Assembly (NCBI GenBank): GCA_052173295.1
Contig: JBQMYW010000004.1
Location: forward strand, 3,511-67,510
Direction of reading: 5' to 3'
DNA from: Treponema sp.
GTDB lineage: Bacteria > Spirochaetota > Spirochaetia > Treponematales > Treponemataceae
DNA length: 64,000 nucleotides
A program made the position numbers and the translations under genes. How positions within the stretch are numbered: the stretch's first letter is position 1; each line of letters opens with the position of its first letter. The notes beneath the pieces were generated by a model. The model made no database searches, had not been told where the DNA came from, and was given only the letters and a program-made list of their open reading frames with translations. This document shows, piece by piece, positions 56,757 to 64,000 of this stretch.

Positions 56757-59522
56757 ATGATACAAATGCGGTATTATATTGGTGTTTTAATTCTCTTGGT
56801 GTGCTGTGCCGGTTGTGCAGGAAGCAAAAAAGCTGCTGTTGAACCGGGTACGGTAGAAGATGCACCGCCTGCCGGTTTGGAAAAAGTGCTGCATTTGCAT
56901 GAAAAACTTGCTGTTTCTGATGATGAGTTTATTATCTATTATGTACGGCAAGATGAAAAATATGATGATTGGGCATTATGGATTTGGGCACTTCCGGGCG
57001 GGGACGGTTCTAAAGCATGGGATAGCACTCAATCTTGGCATACTGAGAACGGCGTTGCATTTATGCGTTTTAAAAAGACAGGTTTAGAAAACGGCACACC
57101 ATTGCTCGGTATAAACGGTGATGCAGGATTTATTATCCGCAAGCAGCAATCGTGGGAAAAAGACGGAGAAGCTGACCGGCAGTGGAATTTTAAAACGGAT
57201 AATGCTTGTATTGTGTTTTCGCAAGATGAGCATACGTATACAGCGAAAGCGTATAAACCGCGTATGATACGGGCTGCGGCGGAAACACCTCATACAATAA
57301 AGCTTACATTAAGCGGAAAATACGGACTTGATACCGATGGCGGTTTTTCCGGGTTTTCTGTAAAGGGAACAGACGGTTTATACCTGTTAAAAATTGCTGT
57401 AAATGCTGATAGCCCGCAAGCACCCTATAATAATTTTACTGCATCGGTTCTTATAGAAACGATAGACCCTCTTGCCTTAAGTGATACTATTGCGGTATAT
57501 AATGAGCATTTTGAAGGAGCTGTTACTGTAGATATGAAAGATATATTACTACAAACACTTGAACAAACTATTCCTGAACAAAATGCAGTGCTTGGTGCAC
57601 AGTATAATGCAGCGGAAAAAAGCTGCCGGTTTGCATTATGGGCGCCGGTTTCTAAAAATGTGTCAGTAAATTTGTACAAAAATGCAGATGACACTTCCCC
57701 TACCTACCTACTGCCGATGCAGTATGATGAGAAAACAGGTGTATGGTCATGCCGTGTTAATGAATACGATACACTGGGGTTCTTTTATGATTATACAGTA
57801 AGCAATAGTACAGGAACTCAACAAGTACTTGATCCTTATGCCTACTCAATGGCAGCATATACCGGTAACGGCGGCATGGGACGCGGAGCTGTTGTAGACT
57901 TGCACAATTCTGCACTTCAGCCGATTCAGGAATATCCGTATCCCCGCTTGCATAAGCGTGAGGACGCGGTAATCTATGAAGTTTCTGTACGTGATTTTAC
58001 CATAAGTCCGGATTCAGGCGTTAAGAATATTCCGGGGACATATAAAGCGTTTATTGAAAAAATACCGTATCTAAAAAGACTTGGGATAACTCATGTTCAG
58101 CTCATGCCGGTGCTTAATTTCTATTATACCGATGAAACAAACCGCAGCTATGAAGATTCCGGCACTGTTCAAAATAATAATTATAATTGGGGATATGATC
58201 CGCATAATTATTTTACACCGGAGGGGTGGTATGCAAGTAATCCGCATGATCCTGCCGCTCGTATTAAAGAACTCCGGGAGCTTATTAACGAATGCCATAA
58301 AGAAGGTATCGCGGTTATCCTTGATGTTGTGTATAACCACATGGCAAAGACAGATTTCTTAGAATCCATCGTTCCGGGCTATTATTTCCGTACCGGCAAG
58401 AACGGGCAATTTACCAGTGCATCCGGCTGCGGCAATGATGTTGCATCGGAGCGGATAATGGCACGAAAGCTGATTGTAGATTCTACTGTTCACTGGGTAC
58501 GCGAGTACAAAGCTGACGGTTTCCGGTTTGATCTTATGGGATTGCTAGATACTGAAACAGTGCTGCAGGCGTATAATGCATGTGCAAAAGTTCATCCTGA
58601 CGTTTTATTTGTCGGCGAAGGATGGAAAATGTATAACGGGGCACCGGGTACTATCGGTATGGATCAGCGGTTTATGACAGAAACCGACAGCGTTGCCGTG
58701 TTTAATGATGAATTCCGCGATTTGCTGAAAGCCGGCGGTATGAATGAGGGCGGTAAGGGATTTTTAACTAAAAAAGGTCCGGATTTGGAGCGTTTATTTG
58801 CTAACTGCCTTGGTATGCCGCAGCTGAATTACCGAGCCGATTCCCCCGGGGATAGCGTTCAGTATTTGGTATGCCATGACGGGCTTACCTTGCATGATAC
58901 GATAGCTCACAATGCCCGCCTTGATGAAAGCAAGCCGGAAGAAAAGCGGGAGCTGATTGCACGTATAAAGCTTGGTAATGTTTTTGCACTCACAAGTCAA
59001 GGAATTGCTTTCTTACATGCAGGGCAGGAACGGGGAAGAACAAAGCCTAATTTTCACAATGTACCAAATGAATGTGTCGGCAAGTTTGTCCGTAATAGTT
59101 ATGATGCTTCTGATTCTGTTAACCGGTTTATATGGTCTATTGATGCAGATTATCAGCATTTACTTGAGTATACAGAGGGGCTCATTAGCTTACGAAAAAA
59201 ATACGAAGTATTTAGAATAGGCAATGCAGAAAAAATTACACAGGCTGCAAAACAAATTGCAACGGATGATAAAGATCGTCTTGCATTCGGTTATAGCCTG
59301 AATTGGACAGATGGAACATGGTTTATACTGTATAACGCTTCGAATGAAACACAGGGGTTTGATGTAAAAGATGTCATCAATAAACCGGTTGTATTTGCAG
59401 ATGCTGCAGGGGTATATCTTGACGGAAAAGATATGTCAGGCAGTTTTGAATTTGGTGAAAATCGGGTTTTGCTAAACCCGTGTACTGCGGTTATTTTCCG
59501 CAGCAATGCTGCTTCTGAATAA
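56757..59522 (+). CDS. pulA: Type I pullulanase (GH13), predicted lipoprotein with CBM41-like domain
   Basis: Lipobox CAGC, WALWIW module, FALWAP, YNWGYDP, GFRFDLM, GEGW, CHD. Confidence 0.92.
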   Translation: MIQMRYYIGVLILLVCCAGCAGSKKAAVEPGTVEDAPPAGLEKVLHLHEKLAVSDDEFIIYYVRQDEKYDDWALWIWALPGGDGSKAWDSTQSWHTENGVAFMRFKKTGLENGTPLLGINGDAGFIIRKQQSWEKDGEADRQWNFKTDNACIVFSQDEHTYTAKAYKPRMIRAAAETPHTIKLTLSGKYGLDTDGGFSGFSVKGTDGLYLLKIAVNADSPQAPYNNFTASVLIETIDPLALSDTIAVYNEHFEGAVTVDMKDILLQTLEQTIPEQNAVLGAQYNAAEKSCRFALWAPVSKNVSVNLYKNADDTSPTYLLPMQYDEKTGVWSCRVNEYDTLGFFYDYTVSNSTGTQQVLDPYAYSMAAYTGNGGMGRGAVVDLHNSALQPIQEYPYPRLHKREDAVIYEVSVRDFTISPDSGVKNIPGTYKAFIEKIPYLKRLGITHVQLMPVLNFYYTDETNRSYEDSGTVQNNNYNWGYDPHNYFTPEGWYASNPHDPAARIKELRELINECHKEGIAVILDVVYNHMAKTDFLESIVPGYYFRTGKNGQFTSASGCGNDVASERIMARKLIVDSTVHWVREYKADGFRFDLMGLLDTETVLQAYNACAKVHPDVLFVGEGWKMYNGAPGTIGMDQRFMTETDSVAVFNDEFRDLLKAGGMNEGGKGFLTKKGPDLERLFANCLGMPQLNYRADSPGDSVQYLVCHDGLTLHDTIAHNARLDESKPEEKRELIARIKLGNVFALTSQGIAFLHAGQERGRTKPNFHNVPNECVGKFVRNSYDASDSVNRFIWSIDADYQHLLEYTEGLISLRKKYEVFRIGNAEKITQAAKQIATDDKDRLAFGYSLNWTDGTWFILYNASNETQGFDVKDVINKPVVFADAAGVYLDGKDMSGSFEFGENRVLLNPCTAVIFRSNAASE

Positions 59523-59566
59523 AAGCAGTATATAGATACTTTTCATAACGAACGGAGGTATACGCT

Positions 59567-60772
59567 ATGAAAAAAATAGGAACAAGTATTTTTACTTGTG
59601 TAGGCTTTTTACTTTTATTTACACTTGCAAGCTGCGGAGGCAGTTCTGGACAATCAGAGGAAAAAATCACTCTGAAACTTTGGGAATCAGAGGGTAGTGA
59701 AAAAACATTTGTTCTTTTTGCTGCAGAAGAGTACAAAAAAACTCATCCCAATGTTGAATTCTTGTATGAACCCGTACCGCAAACGGATGCACGTTCAAAG
59801 ATTGAGCTTGACGGTCCTGCAGGACATGGTGCAGATATTTTTGTTGCTCCGCACGACCATATTGGAGCATTAGTAGCAGGCGGTCATATTCTTCCAATGG
59901 ATGATGCAACTGTATTGAACGCATTTGTTCCTGCTGCAATTACTGCTGCCGGTTATGAGGGAAAAGACTACGGCTATCCGCTCGGAATTGAAACCTATGC
60001 TTTATTCTATAATAAAGATATTCTTCCTACCCCTCCTGCATCATGGACGGAAATAGAAGAATTTGCAAAAACATGGAACAACAAAGCTGAAAATAAATAT
60101 GCAATTGTATGGGGTGTCGGTAATGCATATTTTGACTATATCTTTATGGGCGGTTTTAATGCACCTCTTTTCGGCGAAAAAGGCGACAATCCTAAGCAGC
60201 ACAACATTAATAGTCCGAATGCTATTGCAGGATTGACCTATTTCCAGAGTGTCCGCGGCAAAATGCTTGATATTCCTTCCGGCGACGTAACTGATGACTT
60301 CTGCAACTCTTCATTTGTTGAAGGTAAAGCACCGATGCTCATCACCGGTCCGTGGAAAATTGCAGACTTTTCAAAGCAGAATGTAAACTTTGGTATTGCT
60401 CCTATTCCTGCATTCCCCGGATTCTCAAATCCCCCTGCTTCATTCTCCGGAGTACGCCTTGCATTTGTTAGTGCTTATAGCGAACATCCTGAAGCAGCGC
60501 ATGACTTTGCTAAATTTATGACTTCAAAAGAGATGTTGTCAAAGCGTTATGAAATGACAAAACAAATTCCTCCCCGTGCGGACATTGCTATTAATGATCC
60601 TTTAAGCAAAGGAATTTTGGAACAAGCAAAATATGCTTTCCCGATGCCTACTATCCCTGAAATGGGAACATACTGGTCTGCAATGGGTGCAGCATTTGCA
60701 AATATTTGGGACGGCGGCGATGTAACTGAAAAGCTCAACGCAGTTGCAGCTGCTATGGAGGCTTCCAACTAA
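59567..60772 (+). CDS. malE: Maltose/maltodextrin-binding lipoprotein
   Basis: Lipobox LASC, GADIFVAPHD, ETYALFYNKD, GPW, PMPTIPEMGTYW. Confidence 0.88.
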   Translation: MKKIGTSIFTCVGFLLLFTLASCGGSSGQSEEKITLKLWESEGSEKTFVLFAAEEYKKTHPNVEFLYEPVPQTDARSKIELDGPAGHGADIFVAPHDHIGALVAGGHILPMDDATVLNAFVPAAITAAGYEGKDYGYPLGIETYALFYNKDILPTPPASWTEIEEFAKTWNNKAENKYAIVWGVGNAYFDYIFMGGFNAPLFGEKGDNPKQHNINSPNAIAGLTYFQSVRGKMLDIPSGDVTDDFCNSSFVEGKAPMLITGPWKIADFSKQNVNFGIAPIPAFPGFSNPPASFSGVRLAFVSAYSEHPEAAHDFAKFMTSKEMLSKRYEMTKQIPPRADIAINDPLSKGILEQAKYAFPMPTIPEMGTYWSAMGAAFANIWDGGDVTEKLNAVAAAMEASN

Positions 60773-60788
60773 AATCTGCAAAGTATTC

Positions 60789-60826
60789 TGGGAGGTTAGC
60801 TGCCTAAATAATAGGAATGCCTCCCA
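60789..60826 (+). terminator. Stem-loop between malE and malF
   Basis: TGGGAGG ... CCTCCCA. Confidence 0.5.
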
Positions 60827-60990
60827 AGTACATTTTATAGAATTAGTTTAAGCAAAATGCTGCTCCTAATTCTAAGTTTGCAAAAAAATGTACCGCTTAT
60901 ATAGTGTGTATATCTGACAGCGGTTCTTTTCATAAGTAGTGCTATGAATTTTGAAGATATAATTCTTTTTCATAGGAAGGGGGAATGTAA

Positions 60991-62379
60991 GTGGCTGTAT
61001 CAACCTTACAAACACAAAAAGGTAACCTAATTGATACAAGTATTATAAAAAAGGCATCATCTGCATCAACGTATTTTATGGGACTTGGGCAGATACTTTA
61101 TTTAAAACAGTATATTCGCGGTGCTTTTTTTGCCTTACTTGAATTATGTGTGTTGTTTCTTGTTTTTTTTGACCAAACAACGATGTCCTTAAATGCAAAA
61201 GGTCCTATAGTACGTAGTATTATCGGATTAATTACACTTGGGGAAGAAAAACCGAATGTACCGGTAAAATTGCGGGATCACTCAATCTTTATGATGATTA
61301 CTGGTCTTATTACCGTTATGTTCTTAATAATTTTTGTCGGATTGTATATTGCAAATATCATGATGGCAAAAAAATCTGCTGCACATCTCGTAGAAAAGCA
61401 GCGTTATCCGTCTTCAGCGGAAGTACGGCAGAAGTTTTTAGAATCAGCTTTCCCGTATTTGGGCTTGAGTCCTGCACTGGTGTTGATTTTGTTCTTTACC
61501 GTTTTGCCGTTGGTGTTCTCAGCTCTGGTTGCATTTACAAACTATTCTTCACCGCACCATATCCCGCCGAATAATTTAGTTGATTGGGTTGGTTTCCAAA
61601 ACTTTGTAACCATGTTTACTTCAAAACTAACGAATAGCTGGTTCTCAGCTTTTGGGCGTGTTGCAGTTTGGACATTGATTTGGGCATTCTTTTCAACAAC
61701 AACGTGTTACTTTACCGGTATGATTTTTGCGGTTATTCTCCTTGATAAACGCATTAAGCTGCCGAAGTTCTTTAGAACTGTTTTTATTCTTCCCTATGCT
61801 ATCCCGATTATGTTGAGTTTGTTTATTTGGGCAAACTTGCTAAACGGAACATTCGGACCTATTAACGGTTTATTAAAGCACTTAGGTATTATCAGCGAGT
61901 CTATCCAGTGGTTGTCCGATCCGTTTATCGCAAAGGTAACCATGGTACTGGTTAATATTTGGATTGGTTTCCCCTATAGTATGATCCTTATTACCAGTAA
62001 TATGACTGCTATTCCGGGACAAATTTACGAAGCAGCAACAATCGACGGTGCAAATAAGCTACAGCAATTCTTCCGCATTACGCTGCCGCTCGTTTTATAT
62101 CAGACAATGCCTATTCTAATCATGCAGTTTGCAGGAAATATCAATAACTTCGGTGCGGTATTCTTCTTAACTGCCGGCGGTCCTAACCTTGATGACACGA
62201 TTACTACGCAGGCAGGTGCTACAGACTTGCTGATTTCTTGGATATACAAATTGACGTATTTCACACCGAACTTGTATAACCTTGCTTCTGTTCTGTCAGT
62301 ACTGGTATTTATCGTATTGGTACCCTTTGCGGTATATAACTTTACGCATACAAAAGCCTTTAAAGAAGGAGAACTATAA
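60991..62379 (+). CDS. malF: Maltodextrin ABC permease MalF-like
   Basis: GLGQ, AFTNY, WVGFQNF, EAA loop YEAATIDGA, NINNFG, TDLLISWIYKL. Confidence 0.88.
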   Translation: MAVSTLQTQKGNLIDTSIIKKASSASTYFMGLGQILYLKQYIRGAFFALLELCVLFLVFFDQTTMSLNAKGPIVRSIIGLITLGEEKPNVPVKLRDHSIFMMITGLITVMFLIIFVGLYIANIMMAKKSAAHLVEKQRYPSSAEVRQKFLESAFPYLGLSPALVLILFFTVLPLVFSALVAFTNYSSPHHIPPNNLVDWVGFQNFVTMFTSKLTNSWFSAFGRVAVWTLIWAFFSTTTCYFTGMIFAVILLDKRIKLPKFFRTVFILPYAIPIMLSLFIWANLLNGTFGPINGLLKHLGIISESIQWLSDPFIAKVTMVLVNIWIGFPYSMILITSNMTAIPGQIYEAATIDGANKLQQFFRITLPLVLYQTMPILIMQFAGNINNFGAVFFLTAGGPNLDDTITTQAGATDLLISWIYKLTYFTPNLYNLASVLSVLVFIVLVPFAVYNFTHTKAFKEGEL

Positions 62380-63263
62380 TGAAAAAGTATTCTCTCGGTA
62401 CTGTACTTGTCCTTGTTATTCTGTATACTGTCTTAATTTCAACGGTTTTGTTCGTTTTATATCCGGTAACTTTTACAATTGGAGCGGCGTTTACAAAAGC
62501 AAACTCTCTTGCTGCAACAAGTATTTCGCCTATTCCGAAAGAGCCGTCGCTGTATCAGTTTCAGCGTTTGCTAACCCCTGCAGATCAAATTGTTAAGGGA
62601 ACAACTGATGTTCGCGGTACAAACTACATAAAATGGTATGGTAATACACTGAAAATAGCTATTTTTAACGTGCTTTTTAGCTTAGCTGTTTGTGTTACTG
62701 CTGCGTATGTATTCTCGCGGTTCAGATTTCCGTTGCGTAAGCCGCTTATGGCTTCGATGATTGTTCTGCAAATGTTCCCCAGTTTTATCGGAATGATTGC
62801 AACATACGTTTTACTGTGGAAAATTAACGGATTAAATACCCACTGGGGCTTATTACTTGTTTACGCAGCAGGAAGTATTCCTATGAACGTATGGTTAATG
62901 AAAGGCTATTTTGATACTGTACCAAAAAGTATTGAAGAGGCAGCTCGTGTTGATGGAGCAGGTTCTTTTACAACCTACGTGAAAATCGTATTGCCAATGG
63001 TAAAACCGATGGTTATGTTCCTTGCATTAACAAGTTTCACCGGTCCGTGGATGGACTTTATTTTCCCGCGTTTGATTTTACGCAGTGATGAAAAAAAGAC
63101 CTTAGCACTCGGCTTGTTCGAAATGATCAATGGCCGTGCAGCTGATAACTTTACTATGTTTGCAGCAGGTGCATTGCTTGTTGCTGTACCGTTTGCTATC
63201 TTGTTTATGGCAGGTCAAAAATTCTTACTGAAATCGCTTGCGGGTGATGCTGTTAAAGAATAA
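62379..63263 (+). CDS. malG: Maltodextrin ABC permease MalG-like
   Basis: AYVFSRFRF, QMFP, KGYFDTVPKSIEEAARVDGA, FAAGALL. Confidence 0.9.
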   Translation: MKKYSLGTVLVLVILYTVLISTVLFVLYPVTFTIGAAFTKANSLAATSISPIPKEPSLYQFQRLLTPADQIVKGTTDVRGTNYIKWYGNTLKIAIFNVLFSLAVCVTAAYVFSRFRFPLRKPLMASMIVLQMFPSFIGMIATYVLLWKINGLNTHWGLLLVYAAGSIPMNVWLMKGYFDTVPKSIEEAARVDGAGSFTTYVKIVLPMVKPMVMFLALTSFTGPWMDFIFPRLILRSDEKKTLALGLFEMINGRAADNFTMFAAGALLVAVPFAILFMAGQKFLLKSLAGDAVKE

Positions 63264-63395
63264 GACATCAATGCATTGCAGCACGGGTAGTACAAAGACA
63301 TAAAGTTTTTGACACTCTGCTGCTAAAATGCTGCTTCTGAATTTGCTTGCTGTCTATTACAGCAAGCAATCATCAGGAGAGTCATATTACAGCAC

Positions 63396-63442
63396 AAAAG
63401 CCGCTGTTCCAAAACATAGGTTTTAGAACGGCGGCTTTTTTT
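63396..63442 (+). terminator. Terminator-like hairpin just before the amylase RBS
   Basis: AAAAGCCGCTGTTCCAAAAC-ATAG-GTTTTAGAACGGCGGC followed by T7. Confidence 0.7.
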
Positions 63443-63456
63443 ATGGGAGAACACAG

Positions 63457-64000
63457 TTGATACACCAGATAATAAAAAGAACAAGTATTTTTCTCTTTTT
63501 TTGCGTACTTGCTATTGCCGGATGCGGCAAAAAAAATCTCTGTCCCGCTATTCCCCGTGCTGCAGAGGGCGGACGGGAAGGAGTATACTACTCACTATTC
63601 GTGCGGGCATTTGCAGACAGTAACGGCGATGGCATTGGCGATTTAAAAGGGATTATTCAAAAACTTGATTACCTTAATGACGGCTCTGATGAAACATGCA
63701 CTGATTTAGGTGTTACCGGTATTTGGCTTTTGCCTATTTTTCCATCGCCGTCATACCACGGATATGATGTAACCGACTACTATAGCATCAACCCCGAATA
63801 CGGTACAATGGAAGATTTTGAATTGCTCATCAGTGAAGCTAAAAAACGCGGTATTTCGATTATCCTTGATCTACCGCTCAACCACTCTTCAAAAGAACAC
63901 CCGTGGTTTCTTGCATCAATGGATAAAAATGATCCGCACCGTTCATGGTATTATTGGATAGATGATGAAGCAGCGGCACAATCCGGCGGTATTTCACTTT
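63457..64000 (+). CDS. GH13 alpha-amylase-like lipoprotein (3' end runs off the window)
   Basis: Missing from the track. TTG start after GGGAG; lipobox IAGC, YYSLFVRAFADSNGDGIGDLKG, LGVTGIWLLPIF, SYHGYDVTDY, DLPLNHSS. Confidence 0.9.
   Translation, partial: MIHQIIKRTSIFLFFCVLAIAGCGKKNLCPAIPRAAEGGREGVYYSLFVRAFADSNGDGIGDLKGIIQKLDYLNDGSDETCTDLGVTGIWLLPIFPSPSYHGYDVTDYYSINPEYGTMEDFELLISEAKKRGISIILDLPLNHSSKEHPWFLASMDKNDPHRSWYYWIDDEAAAQSGGISL

Noticed and set aside
63396..63439. Resemblance of GTTCCAAAAC and GTTTTAGA to type II-A CRISPR repeat ends
   Set aside because: Single copy with the halves in the wrong order; fully explained as a hairpin.

Overview
A gene-dense chromosomal segment from a spirochete, most likely a Treponema (tamB-bamA pair, flbB, tmpC/pnrA, Treponema-type MCP); the species cannot be named from sequence alone. 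Housekeeping genes include tmk, cdd, rpoN, pgsA, murE, hflKC, apt, asnS, recO, rpsU, pyk, a class I aldolase and five tRNAs. The other blocks are: (i) a TetR-associated ECF plus heterodimeric ABC transport cassette right after tRNA-Glu, (ii) a Bat-like VWA/TPR/SH3 operon with no MoxR gene that runs into an omptin-like protease and rpoN, (iii) an MBOAT plus SGNH O-acylation pair between flbB and murE, (iv) a nucleoside ABC importer and (v) a pullulanase-MalEFG-amylase locus. I found no integrase, transposase, phage gene or CRISPR array. Signals not explained by the gene calls: two families of short TA-bounded palindromic repeats that show covariation and supply stop codons, a roughly 200-bp multi-hairpin intergenic element, repeated apparently leaderless genes, twin promoters with a shared candidate TetR operator, and a probable CTG start codon. 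Functional names come from motifs I recognised by eye, not from database searches.
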